NCBI GenBank assembly: GCA_951406725.2
Contig: OX597814.1
Location: 203,484,001 to 203,548,000, forward strand
Length of the DNA stretch: 64,000 nucleotides
Origin: Octopus vulgaris
Lineage: Eukaryota
Direction: 5' to 3'
Shown here: positions 1 to 12,945 of the stretch, piece after piece
Position numbering within the stretch: position 1 is the stretch's first letter
How the letters are laid out: each line of letters begins with the position of its first letter
Translations under genes and position numbers: made by a program
The notes under the pieces: model-generated
Seen by the model: the letters and a program-made list of their open reading frames with translations, nothing else
Databases searched by the model: none
Told to the model about the DNA's origin: nothing

Positions 1-66
<66 letters not shown>

Positions 67-300
67 TTTACATCAGCTTCCCATGCTGGTATCAGCTGAA
101 TGTGTTGTCATAGTCCCAATTGCCTCCCTTTAGGAGCTACCCCGCCTCCCAAAGAAGTGGTGCTCATACACGTCACTTAGTTTGTGCTCTATAGCTGGAT
201 GCCCTCCCTAATGCCAACCACTTTACAAAATGTGTTGGGTACATTTTGAGGCATCAACACCAGAGAAACTGAATAGTTCTTGGTGAGACAGGATCAGAGA
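1..300 (-). mobile_element. (CAT)n tail plus decayed RTE-related short repeat (family C)
   Basis: (CAT)n at 1-66, followed by the family motif gctggatgccctccctaatgccaaccac that recurs throughout the window and at the 3' end of the RTE copy at 12946-14310. Confidence 0.7.
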
Positions 301-764
301 AACCTTATAACCTTACACTTTCTCTGCTTCTTCAGCCAACCATTTTACAGTATGAACTGTAGGTGTGAAGGTATCTTGAAATCCCACCAAGGTTTCTGAA
401 CAGTCTCCACAATACAATCTGTTCATGATAGAATATTCTTTTCTGCTCTAGGCACAAGACCCAAAATTTTGGTGAAAACTGGAAAGAAAGAATACAGTAC
501 CAACAATGTGCTGGCACTAAATTACACTATGGTAGACTAAAGCAATGTGAAATGAAGTGCCTTGCTCAAGAATACTATGTACCACCCAGTTATGGAATTG
601 AAATCACAAATTTATGATTGTGAGGGCCAACAGCCAACCACTCAGCCACATGGTTTACATGGGTACCCCACCCTATCCCATTCCTTTATTGAGCACCCTT
701 TGAAAATGTTATGAAAGCAGTGTTTAGTTGGTTTTCTTTTTTCGTTTTTTCATTTTTGTTATTG

Positions 765-1221
765 GGTTCGGCAAAAAGAGACCGATAGAATAAGTATTGG
801 GCTTACAAAGAATAAGTCCCGGGGTCGATTTGCTCGACTAAAGGCGGTGCTCCAGCATGGCCGTAGTCAAATGACTGAAACAAGTAAAAGAGTAAAAGAG
901 TAAAGAGTAATATAGATAAGCATTAAATGCTTATCTATATTACTCTTTACTCTTTTTGCCGAACCGCTAAGTGACGGGGACGTAAACACACCAGCATCGG
1001 TTGTCAAGCAATGCTAGGGGGACAAACACAGACACACAAACATACACATACATATATACGATGGGCTTCTTTCAGTTTCCGCCTACCAAATCCACTCACA
1101 AGGCATTGGTTGGCCCGAGGCTATAGCAGAAGACACTTGCCCAAGATGCCACGCAGTGGGACTGAACCCGGAACCATGTGGTTGGTTAGCAAGCTACTTA
1201 CCACACAGCCACTCCTGCGCC
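765..1221. mobile_element. tRNA-derived SINE (family A), internally rearranged: 3' part on +, head on -
   Basis: 765-908 matches the 3' half and (GTAAAAGA)n tail of the intact copy at 35165-35575. 950-1221 is the reverse complement of its 5' half. Confidence 0.85.
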
Positions 1222-1299
1222 TATATTGTCTGAATAGCCAAATACATTGACAGAAAAAATAGAGGGACAAATTGATAAATAGTTAAATAGGTGGGTCAA

Positions 1300-1533
1300 T
1301 AGACAAACAGGCAGGTAGGAAGACAGATAGGCGGACAGACAGACAGACAGACAGACAGACGGATAGACGGACAGACGTACAGACAGACCGACAGACGGAC
1401 AGACGGACAGACAGACAGACAGGCAGACAGACAGATAGACGGACAGACAGGCAGGCAGACAGTACTGACAGACAGTCAGACAAACAGACAGACGTACAGA
1501 CAGACAGACTGACAGGTAGATAGATAGACAGAC

Positions 1534-1596
<63 letters not shown>

Positions 1597-1605
1597 CAGA
1601 TAGAT
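1300..1605 (+). repeat. (GACA)n/(GATA)n compound microsatellite
   Basis: Direct reading. Confidence 0.95.
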
Positions 1606-1779
1606 TGATGAACTCAAATGAAATTTAAAAAATGAAGATAATCTTGATTGCAAATAACTTGGACTGAACCAGGTAACTCGTAAGTATAATGGGGATGGTG
1701 ATGGTGGTAGTGTTAGGATATTGGTTAAAGGTGGTGGTAAAATGGGGCATTTAAAACTTTTTATAGCGTCCATGATTTT

Positions 1780-1789
1780 ACGCATGCGC
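1780..1789. promoter_or_regulatory. NRF1-like palindromic motif (ACGCATGCGC), candidate promoter element
   Basis: Close to the NRF1/ewg consensus GCGCATGCGC. Lies in a CpG-retaining unique stretch about 60 bp upstream of an ATG that is followed by a splice donor. Confidence 0.35.
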
Positions 1790-1846
1790 TTTAGTACAAT
1801 AAATTATCGTCTGCTCAATCAAAACTTTTATTTTTTTTTATAAAAG

Positions 1847-1897
1847 ATGGACACCAACAGACGACATCAGTGGAACGGGAAGAATAAAAGTTTTAGG
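1847..1897 (+). CDS. Candidate first coding exon (MDTNRRHQWNGKNKSFR), product unknown
   Basis: ATG at 1847, 17 open codons, then AGG|GTAAGA donor in phase 0. No homology recognised. Confidence 0.3.
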
Positions 1898-2364
1898 GTA
1901 AGATGTTTTTATAGATTTATTTTAATAACCGTATTGAAATTTCTCAAAACTTTACCAACGTACTGTAGCAGAATAATATTATAGATAATGTCTATGGTTT
2001 TATTCCATAGTTTAAATTGTTTACTTCTTTGCATAAAGGGGAAAATTATAGATAACAACTCACCAAGAAGACAGAATATAACTTTCAGAAATGTTGTTTC
2101 TTGAGATTCTACCAAAGTGAAATGTTCAATCATTTCAAGAACCGAATGTTTCAAAACAATATACAATTTCATCTTACAGTTTTCAAAGTAACCGTGAAAT
2201 TTCCACAGTTACTGCTATTTAAGTATAAATGTTTTTAGTTCAATCAACATTCGTTGAAGTTTTAAAAATTATAGTTCTTGATTTTAATTTCAAGGCCGGC
2301 AGTTTTGAAGAGAGAGGGAGTTGGTTGATGCTATTACCCCAAGTACATGACTGGTACTATATTT

Positions 2365-2793
2365 CATCCGACGTCTGGCAGCTGACTTGGCAGACACCCA
2401 TAAAATTATTAACCATCTTACAAACAATAACTCTGAGCACCTCTTCAAACTCCTCCTGTCTAACACCCGTGGACATGTTTACAAAGTCAGAAAACAGCAC
2501 AGCTCCCATGACTTCAGGAAACATTTTTTCACGCTGAGAGTTGCTGAAGCATGGAACAAACTACCGGCATCAGTTGCTAGTTGTCGGAGCACTGCATCCT
2601 TCAAAACTTCCATGCTTCCTGAGATTCGCCAACACTACACCTGATTTTCTCCCCTCCATACACACGCAAGCATGTATCTGGCTCATACACTGTTCACTTC
2701 CCAGACATTTGTACATTACTGCATATGCTTTATATGCACTTTTGGCAAGTTGTGGTGCACCTGAGCACTGTATACAATAATTTTATTATTATT
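2365..2793 (+). mobile_element. CR1/L2-group LINE 3' end (ORF2 C-terminus, 3' UTR, (ATT)n tail)
   Basis: Translation TRGHVYKV...RKHFFTLRVAEAWNKLP matches the RGH...FF..RV...WN.LP C-terminal motif of CR1-group ORF2. Stop at 2642-2644. Confidence 0.85.
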
Positions 2794-2872
2794 ATCGACC
2801 TGGGAGAGATGGAAGGCTAAGCTGACCTCACCGGGATTTGAACTCAGAACGAAAAATAGCCAGAAGAAATAC

Positions 2873-3102
2873 TTATTTCTTTATTACCCACAAGGGGCTA
2901 AACACAGAGGGGACAAACAAGGACAGACAGACGGATCAAGTCGATTACATCGACTCCAGTGCGTAACTGGTACTTTATTTATCGACCCCGAAAGGATGAA
3001 AGGCAAAGTCGACCTCGGCGGAATTTGAACTCACAACGTAACGCAGACGAAATACCGCTAAGCATTTCGCCCGGCGTGCTAACGTTTCTGCCAGCTCGCC
3101 GC
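2873..3102 (-). mobile_element. Young tRNA-derived SINE (family B) with 8-bp target site duplication
   Basis: Reverse complement of the copy at 62753-62983. AGAAATAC is duplicated at 2865-2872 and 3103-3110. Confidence 0.9.
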
Positions 3103-3612
3103 AGAAATACCGCAAAACATTTTTTCAACTTTGGTTGAGAAAAGTCTAAAAAATAATAATTAATAGGATATCTAGCAATCATCTGTCTGGTCGTTTCAAC
3201 TCTATGAATACCGTGTGTTACTTTTTACGTGTTCAAATGATTATAAAGAGTCCATTGCTGGTGTGTCCTCACACTTGCAAATGTGTAATGTAAGTCTGTT
3301 TAATCTATGAAGACCTAAATACTAATCCATTAGTAGCCTTCTGTTGCACCCGTTTCAAAAATCAATAAATATCGAAGATTATTCAGCATTCATTGCATTT
3401 ACATAATAAATAGATAACAATGAACAGACAATGCAGGAGTGTAGGGGTTATGATCAAAGTTTAGGGGTTAGACGACGTTCAATGAGGCACACAAAACTGT
3501 TTTAATAGAATCGAATATCGATCAAGACAGTTAACGAAAAATTATTCTGCTGAAAGATACTCTCGTAAAATTTCATGTTTATAATGAGCTGCCTTACTTT
3601 AATCGTTTGTAT

Positions 3613-3634
3613 ACACACACACACACACACACAC

Positions 3635-3699
<65 letters not shown>

Positions 3700-3782
3700 A
3701 CACGCACACACACACACATACACACGAACAAGCGCGTGCATGTACACAGAGACTGGTACACAGACAGACGGACGGTCGGATG

Positions 3783-3852
<70 letters not shown>

Positions 3853-3903
3853 CAGGCAAACAGATAGGTAGATAGATAGGTAGATAGATAGATAGACAGG
3901 CAA

Positions 3904-3936
<33 letters not shown>

Positions 3937-4014
3937 CAGGCAAATAGATAGATAGATAGATAGATAGGCAGATAGATAGATAGATAGATAGACAGGCAAA
4001 TAGATAGATAGATG

Positions 4015-4064
<50 letters not shown>

Positions 4065-4071
4065 CAGGCAA

Positions 4072-4106
<35 letters not shown>

Positions 4107-4107
4107 T

Positions 4108-4189
<82 letters not shown>

Positions 4190-4190
4190 T
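3613..4190 (+). repeat. (CA)n followed by a long (GATA)n array
   Basis: Direct reading. Confidence 0.95.
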
Positions 4191-4347
4191 AGACAGTCTT
4201 AACTGCGATTCACCTTGAACGGAGTGACTCATCAAATTATTTCTAGTAAGCAAACTTTGCAATACACAGTACAGCAAACTGTCTTTCGTTTGTCAACAAA
4301 ATCCTATATATAATTATATACAAGTAAATGGTGCTACCGACCTGGTA

Positions 4348-4419
4348 GCCGTGATCGTCTAGTGGTTAGGACCCCACGTTGTGGCCGTGGTAACCCAGGT
4401 TCGAATCCTGGTCACGGCA
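4348..4419 (+). tRNA. tRNA-His, anticodon GTG
   Basis: 72-nt cloverleaf: acceptor GCCGTGA/TCACGGC plus discriminator A; anticodon stem CCACG/CGTGG with GTG at 4381-4383; T-arm CCAGG-TTCGAAT-CCTGG; intact A and B boxes; TATA-rich upstream flank. Confidence 0.97.
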
Positions 4420-4421
4420 GG

Positions 4422-4434
4422 TTTTTTTTTTTTT
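4422..4434 (+). terminator. RNA polymerase III oligo-T terminator of tRNA-His
   Basis: Run of 13 T beginning 3 nt after the discriminator base. Confidence 0.9.
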
Positions 4435-4593
4435 AAATGATTATGTTTGGCTGGTAATCATTTAAATATTACTTTTTTTCTTTTCTTCTTCTTTCTCTCT
4501 TTCTCTCCCCATCTTTCTACATCACTTTTTATGGGTTATGTGACTTCAAATGGGATATGTTGAAGGAAAGATAGGAAGGAGGAAAGAAAAAAA

Positions 4594-4759
4594 CAGACAA
4601 ATAGATGGACAGATAGACAGACAGATAAATAGATAGATAGTTAGATAGATATATAGATAGATAGATAGAGACAGACAGACACACACACAGCCAGACACAC
4701 ACACACAGACAGACACACACACCGACAGACAGACAGACAGACAAATAGATAGATGGATG

Positions 4760-4815
<56 letters not shown>
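4594..4815 (+). repeat. (GACA)/(CA)/(GATA)n compound microsatellite
   Basis: Direct reading. Confidence 0.9.
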
Positions 4816-4816
<1 letters not shown>

Positions 4817-5269
4817 GAAAGAAGGGTATCTGGCTGCAGATAATCTGCCCCAATGTACTCTGTCCAATCAATACAAGCATGAAAAAGTAGGCTTAAAATG
4901 ATAATGATGATGATGATGATGAAAATTGTTTCTGTTTAGCCCAGGTAATCTTTGGTTGAGTAAACCTCTGATCAGAGACGTTCCAGCTTGATCATCATCC
5001 CATCTTTCTGCATGTGTAGGATTACATTGTTCAATGTGTCCTTCTCGTTCTTTTGAAGATGCTATGTTGTGATAAAAGGTGTTTGGTTCTTATTTCTAGT
5101 TGTTTGAATGACTTATTAGAAGCTTCCCATGTTTGTTAAATAAATGGAACTGCAGTCAGCCGATGGACTAAATGCTGAGCAGGTTAATCTCTGTGCCATA
5201 TGCTTGCTTAGTTGGGGAGTGTTGAATTGAATTGCACAATGTCAATGCCATTACCGCCCTGCTATCTCC

Positions 5270-5761
5270 ACCATTACCACAACCACTACCATCCCCAACA
5301 ACACCATCAACAACAAATAAACAAGTAAACAACAAAAATACAGCAATAACCACCATTGGCACCAGCACCACTACTACCATCACTAAAATCACCAACATCA
5401 CAACAAAAACCAACAATATTACCACCACTACTACCTCCAGCACCATAACCATCGCCAATAACCAGAGTACCACCACCACTACCAATACCACAACTACTTC
5501 AACCACTACCGTCAGCATCATGACCACTACAACCACCATCTACTGCAACAAGGTAGCTTCTACATGGTTGCTCAATTGGCTTGACAGAGCAGCCAAATCT
5601 CGCCTCAAATAACACTACTATGTCTTATATAGGAAAGGATCTGTTGCGTAATGCAGTTTAAGAAATTTCACTTAAAATGATAGGATAGTCACAACAAGAA
5701 TCGCTTTGATCATTGGTCTGCATGATCAAGATTGATTTGTCGTTAATCAGCAAAAGCTGCC

Positions 5762-5793
<32 letters not shown>

Positions 5794-5836
5794 CACCACC
5801 ACCACCACCACCACCACCACCACTACCACCACCACC

Positions 5837-5907
<71 letters not shown>

Positions 5908-5980
5908 GACTACTGCTACTACTGCCTCCACTGCCTCCACTGCCACTGTCACCACCGCTGCCACCACAACCACTACTATT
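5270..5980. repeat. Degenerate (ACC/AAC)n tract (5270-5545) and (ACT/ACC)n tract (5761-5980)
   Basis: Direct reading; source of the Thr-rich and poly-His/Tyr/Val ORFs in the track. Confidence 0.9.
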
Positions 5981-6551
5981 ACAACTTATCTGTCTGTCAA
6001 TCTGTCTATCTATCTATTGAGATTAACTTTTTACTACTATTATTAACACAAAGAATCACTAGTGAGAAAGTTATGAGATAAATTACATTTTACAATAGAC
6101 TTAGCTCTTGTACTTCACTTAGTTTTTGGAGTTTTTCCGACACAAAAAATACATGAATTGAGTGAACTTCAAACAGCAGAAAGATTTTTAAAAAACAATA
6201 ATAAAAAGATCCCAAATACAATGTAAAAAGGTACCAAATTGGCAAAATGTTCAAAGGATGAATTGATGAAAATATCTGCGGTATGATAGAAAAAGATGTA
6301 TGTGTGTGTATGTATGTGTGTGTGTGTGTGTGTCTGTGTCTCTGTTTGTGTATATATATGTATATATATATATATACGTACGTATATATGCACACAAATT
6401 TCTTCACACAGACATACACAAGCATATATATATATGTATATATGTACATACAGAAGAAAGAAAATTGATTGCATGTCACTTTGATTTATTAGATACTAGA
6501 TATACATTAATGTTTTAAAGCAAAGAACTCAAAACATGAAACATCTTGTAG

Positions 6552-6695
6552 GACAGGCGGCATATTTGGCTATCTTTGATGTTTTTTGAAAATTCTAAAA
6601 GTATTGAAGGATTGTTGATTATCTCAAAGTATAATAAAGAAAGACTTATTAATTTTTGGAGCAAATTTCTGGCCAATTTTGTACAAAAGATTTCA
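6552..6695 (+). CDS. Candidate internal exon (DRRHIWLSLMFFENSKSIEGLLIISKYNKERLINFWSKFLANFVQKIS)
   Basis: cttgtag| acceptor with a weak pyrimidine tract, 144 nt open in phase 0, TCA|GTAAGT donor. Phase-compatible with 1847-1897. Confidence 0.2.
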
Positions 6696-9600
6696 GTAAG
6701 TTATTTGTGTATTAATTATTATAAAAACTAAAACAAATGTAATTGATGCTGATTATATTTGCAGCACAGGAACAAATTTGTAATAGCATCATCATCATCA
6801 TCATCATCATCATCTGTCATCACTGTCATCATCATCATCATTGTCAACCAAATTCAGTCATAAGACTTTGATTAGCCCAAGGCTCTAGTAGAAGGCATTT
6901 GCTCAAGGCACCATGATGTGGATGGAACTGAACACAAAACAACATGGTTAAGAAGTTCACTTCTTTTGTTTTCCAACTATGTGGTTTTCCAACAAAGTTC
7001 CATTGTGAACTTCTTAACCACACGGACATGCTTACACTTATTCATGCTTATACCCATAGTTATAAAAGTAAAAAAAATTATTGATATTATTTTCATATCA
7101 GTAATCCAATCTGCTTCCCATGCTACAATGTGAATAAATTATTTACCCCAACACAAGGTGTCCACACCTCACTCAGGTCTTATTAAACAACTTGTACTGG
7201 TTTAAAATTTAGTGAAATCAGCTGAGTCTACATCCTCAACTACTTTTACCAAAATATCTAAATTGATACATAAAGTACCATGAACTCTTATTCATGTGTA
7301 CAAAATACCAAACTAGAATCAAAACAAGAACTTTTATTTCTGAACTAAGGGTAGCAATAACATATTCACTTGTTCACTAATGTATGTTACAACATTAGAT
7401 TATTTATATTAATCTTTCACTAAAGGCAACCATTTGAGTTAATTTTAATACTAGACTTACTAATTGGGGTGTAAAGTTAGCATTATATTTAGTTTTTCTT
7501 TGAAATTTTTCTAAGTACTCTCTATGGTTCTCTACCAATTATGGAAATTTCATTCCATAGCACTTAATGATTTCCTTTTTCACACCAGATGTTTAACCAA
7601 TCCTGATTTGGACATTTCTTTTCTCATTAAAGCTGCCCAATGTTCTATTCTATATTTAGAGGCCATCCAGTTCTTCTTTTGTGATAAATTCTGTACATAC
7701 ACACTATATTATAGAGTTTTAATTTCTAGCCACTTATGGATAATTACTGTTGTGAGTAACTCCATAATATGATATTCCTTTTGGGCACATTTTAGATGTT
7801 ACACATGTAGCAGGTTCTCTGAATTTTCTTAGACAAAATGCGAGAAGTAAAATAGAGACAAAGTGGAGTTTAGCTTAACATTTTACTTTGTGTTTGAGAC
7901 AAGATGAGCCATGTATGTTTTACATGATTAATTTCTACTTTTTAATCTGATACATTAATCCAGATATTTTTGCCTAATATTGCAGACATTTGACAGTTCC
8001 TTTCTAAACACTGTATACATGATGAGACTCAAAGTTCAAGTAGAGACTAGTGGTAGATGGCTTTCTTTATACTAATGTTCCATCACTTGATTCTGTCCTT
8101 TGCCATTCTAGAGTGAAGAAAATTGAAGTTTTTGTAAGTTTTTTAATGCAATAAATAAGAACTTAAACATTCTCTTAGTGGTGACAGAGTATAAATGCAT
8201 CCTTCATGTATCTTAACCAAGCTGTAGATCTTAGTGTTACATCTTTTAGAGTCATGTGTTAGCCATGATTGGTGCTAATGGTGATCCTATAGCCATACCT
8301 TCCAATTGATGATATATCACTTTTACAGAAAGATATCTATAGTAACCTAAAATTATGTGTGTCTGTGGTCTACAGATAAAAACATTAATACCCTTAGTTT
8401 GGAAATAAAAGTTCCTAATTGAATCTAAGTTTAGTGCTATATATACATCCAGGAATTGGACATCAAATGACGATCAGATATCAAAACATAGTGTAGATGT
8501 AAATATATAATTATAAATATTTCTTCTTTAAAGAAGAGGTGAACAATTTAAAAAATTAAGATCGTATTCTTGGATATTTAGACAATGTATCATTTCATAT
8601 TTCAAATCGTATAATACATGTGGAAATACTGGCTCAAAACTATCTGTACAGTACAATTAGCATTTAACTGGAAAAATTTTAATCCTAAGCAACTAACTGT
8701 TTCAAATTGGCATCAAGATAAATTGTAAGGTATTTTTGCCAACTGGCATCAAGATAATGGTAAGATATTTATGTCTATATTTTTATAGTGTCAGGTTGCA
8801 AAAGTGCACAAGGTTGTTATAGATTCTTCTCTTTTATAGACACAAAAGAATATCTTATTTTAGATGCAGTAATATCTGGGTCTTGTTGCAATATTTACTG
8901 TAAGACAGAGCTTGCATTCAGCCTTTATTGGCTTAGAATAAAATGAATAATGGTTATGATATTTTTAGAAATTAACTTCATAAAAACAAAAACAAAAAAC
9001 AAAAACGTTGTGGATAAATTGCAATTATTGGTATACAACAGTCTTGAAATAAAGTAAAACCATTTTCCTTGTTTAGTCTCTTTTAGTCACTTGCTTCTTG
9101 AGCGTGCCTTCTCTGCTATACAATTGTCAAGAGGTTTTGCTGCAAATTTCATAAATGAAAACAAAACCTGCTGTTTGTGCTCCACTGTTGTGCTCTAAGC
9201 CCCACATTCACATCTGCTTATCCCTTTCTTTGGGGGTTTCACTCCAGCTCACACAATCTTCTGTTAATGCTTACTAGGTCTCAGGTTTCCTCCTCCTCCT
9301 CCTCCTCCTCCTCACCATCATCATCATCATCATCATTATCATCATCATTATTCTAATGCCTATTTTTCCATGTTTGCATGGGTCAGATTAGTCATTATTG
9401 GTGCAGAGTTTTCTATGGACAGATACCCTCCCAATTACAGACAGCCCTACTTCTATGTAAGATAATAATCTCTCTGTCTATAACTAATGAGTGAAACATC
9501 TGTAGGTGAGTAAAATATGAAATAACTCACACAAACATAGACATACACACACACATGGCTGACTTCTTTTAGTTTCTGCCCGCTATATCCATTTACAAGG

Positions 9601-10559
9601 CTTTCATCAGCTTTGAGCTATTGTAGAAGATATTTGCCCAAAGGATCATACAATGGAACTTTGTTGGAAAACCACATAGTTGGAAAACAAACTTATTATC
9701 CACATACCTGTGTCTGTCTATAGACATTTCTGACAGATCTCGTGATTAGCAGAAAAAGTCTTTTTGCATATCAGACACTATATTGTTCAATGTATCTTTT
9801 TTATTCATGTAGGACAGTAATGTGTAATATGAGGAGAATTTATCTACTGTTTCTAGCATGCAGAGACTTTTTCGTTGGCTCATAACAATTCCAATGTCAT
9901 GTCTCTAGAGAGCTTTGTAGCTGAAACCAGATTTTCAAGTGGTCTGGTGCAGATGACCAGCTTATCATAGAGATCAGTGTCATGTGTTTAACATGGCCAA
10001 GTTAAAACATGCATCATTAAAGAGAGCAGCACATATACTACTTACAGATGAAAGGGTGCATGTGTATACTAGTCAGAAGACTTCCTTGTTACATATGTTG
10101 CTTTTTATGTGATTCTCAAACTTTTCTAAGGAATATAACTGAAATAAATTTAGATTTCAAGGCTGTTGGATCATGAAATCTTAAAACCACAGAGCAGTTT
10201 GATCAGCTCTTATACAGGTCTTTTAGGTGCTTTTGGTCCCAGGTGCTGTACCAAAAAAGTACACCCATCCTGGATCGATCCCAGCACCTATAACATCTAC
10301 TTTAAGGTGTTACTATTTATATACCTCTAATATACATTTTGGTGTCAATGATAGTCTTAAAATTTTCCAAATCAACAAGAAAATAAAAACCTTCTTGAAG
10401 AGAGGTTTCATTTTGAGAGAATTCTCGAAGACAAGTGATTTTTTTTATGTTGCTATCTTTCTGTTGTAGTGATTGAGAAAGGAGTGTCTCTCTCTAAACT
10501 TCGCAAATCACTACTTCATACATTCCCTAGCCACACTGACAGCTCCAATGAGATCTTTA

Positions 10560-11830
10560 AAAGCTGATGGATATCAGCCCCACTATACTCAGGAATAACT
10601 GATACCCTTTCAGCCTAGATGTTGTCTTCCTCTACACTTCTGTGCCCACTATCCAGCCATCAATATTATTATTGACCACATCATAATCTCTCTTTTTGTC
10701 CCCTCTTCTCCCCCACCTATTTCTTCCTCTCCTCCTCACTCTTCTTTTTCCTCTTCCTTTTCAGCTTTCACCAACCTTCACCATTTTAATCTTACACCTT
10801 TGGACATCTGTAAACTACTAGTCATTATAGCAGGTAACACCCACTTCTAAAACAGTGGTGAGGTATGTAAACAGATTTCAGGTCTACCAATGGGATCTAG
10901 CCCCTCAGGCCTGCTGGCCAAGCATAACATCTGTCACTCATGCTTCTTCTTCTCAAGGTACGTTGGCGACATCCTGTTGCTTACCTCTTCCTGGGAAGAG
11001 GTGATTGTCATGCATCAAAACCTCAACAACATTGACAATCACATTAAATTCAAAATTCAACACCTGGACAAATCTGAAATCCTTTCTCTGTTAGATTTCC
11101 AAATCAAGATCACAGAGGAGGGTTCTATCTATACAAATTGTTATAGAAAAGCAGCCAGTAGGTATCTATTCATACACTATGAATCAGCTCTGTCCACCAG
11201 AGCCAGAGCCACATGTGTGCAGAATGAGATCACATGTTTAAGAGACAGATGCAACAAAGCAGTGGACAAAGCAACCAACACCAAGTGGTTCCCTGGGAAC
11301 TTATCACACAACGGCTATCTGCCATCTGTAGCTTAACAACTGCATCCATGAAACACTAAAGTAGGTAAACAACATAAGAAAGCCCATAACACCAAGTCAG
11401 AAAAGTGCTTCTTTAACGTGCCCTACATCAACGACAGAACAACTGCAAACATTCAACATGCAGTCCGCAAAGTGGGACTCAATATATAGATGGTACACAT
11501 TGGTCCATCCCCGAGGAAAGTTCTGTTGAGGAAAAATGCCACAGATAGCACCGTTGGGTGCACATCACCAACCACCTTATCAACGACATCAAAACATGCT
11601 TGAGGGCCTATGAGGTATATGTAGTAGCTTGCAATAAATGTGGGGCATCCAACATAGGAAGCACTACGAGGAAATTGCATATCCATATAAAAGAGTACAT
11701 GCACACAGACATGTCAATAAAGAAACATCTTAGGAAGTGCCAAACCCAGAATTTTAAAGTTTCCATCAGGGCAACCCAATGCAACAGGAGCAGTCTCAGA
11801 ATCATGAGACTTTTGGTGCCATTTTAATCA
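10560..11830 (+). mobile_element. Decayed Penelope-like element (RT and GIY-YIG endonuclease)
   Basis: GLPMGSSPS, RYVGDILL (RYVDD), LLDFQI, YRK and HYES motifs of PLE RT; downstream EVYVVACNKCGASNIGST resembles the GIY-YIG motif. Multiple stops and frameshifts. Confidence 0.85.
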
Positions 11831-11989
11831 CAGTGAAGATTTTCCCCATGGTACATAAATCAGAATTCCTGCAGGTGCAATAACAATGATTGGTGCAAAA
11901 ATGCCAGGTGAAATAATTTATTAGAATTGAAATTATCAGCAATATCTGAATTTAGTAACAATCGTGGATAAAATATTGAATATAGCAAA

Positions 11990-12190
11990 TTTCCTTAAGG
12001 GTGTACATATTTTTGTAATATTTGAAAATTAATATTTCATTCATATCCTTGAAAATGCTTATTGTTTTGTATTCCAAACTTTTATGTTTGCATGTATAAT
12101 ATACTTTTTCAGTATAAATTTTGTTTGATTTCCTTTGATATTATCAGAATAGTGGCGATTTAAGGGTATACATACTTCTGTGAGATACTG
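11990..12190. mobile_element. One end of a Tc1-like transposon with IR/DR structure
   Basis: Ends ...GAGATACTG|TA (CAGT terminus with TA target). Inner and outer direct repeats taagggtgtacatatttttgt (11996-12016) and taagggtatacatacttctgt (12161-12181). Confidence 0.55.
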
Positions 12191-12377
12191 TATATATGTA
12201 TATTATTAATATAAATATCTATATATTTATATTCAAAAATTCATCATTTGAAAGTCTCTCCACATTTTGCTTTCTCTCATTTTGCATGTATACATATATA
12301 TATACATATTTTGTATTTCATATCTAAACTATCATATTTAATATGTTTAATGTATCTAATTTGTTTATCTGCATAAT

Positions 12378-12421
<44 letters not shown>

Positions 12422-12945
12422 TACAATGCAAGCTATATGGTGATCTCACTAGTGGCACTGGCATCATTAAAAAGCACTCAGTACAAACTGTAATGTGGCT
12501 GGCATTAGGAAGGGCATTCAGTCAAAGCTGACACATGAGTATGATGCAGTTCTTGACTCATTGGCTCCTTGTAAAACTGTCCGACTCATGTCAGCACGGA
12601 ACATGGACATGAAATGATGAGGATGATGATGATGATGAGTGTCTTTCAGTTTCTATCTGCCTCACAAGGCGTTGGTCAGCTTGGGTCTTTAATTGAAGAC
12701 AGTAGACCAAGGTGCCTCCCACTATATGTCTACACATATATACACACACATATATATATTCTTTTAGTTGTTACAGTCATTTGACTGCGGCCATGCTGGA
12801 GCACTGCCTTTAGTTGAGCAAATTAACCCCAGGACCTATTCTTTGTAAGCCTAGTACTTACTCTATCGGTCTCTTTTGCCAAACTGCTAAGTTACGGGGA
12901 GTAAACACACCAGCATCAGTTATCAAGCGATGTTGGGGGAACATC

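Noticed and set aside
1198-6518. Long ORFs rich in SIYL, VC, HT, Thr or poly-His/Tyr/Val
   Set aside because: They are translations of (GATA)n, (CA)n and (ACC/ACT)n microsatellites, which lack stops by composition.
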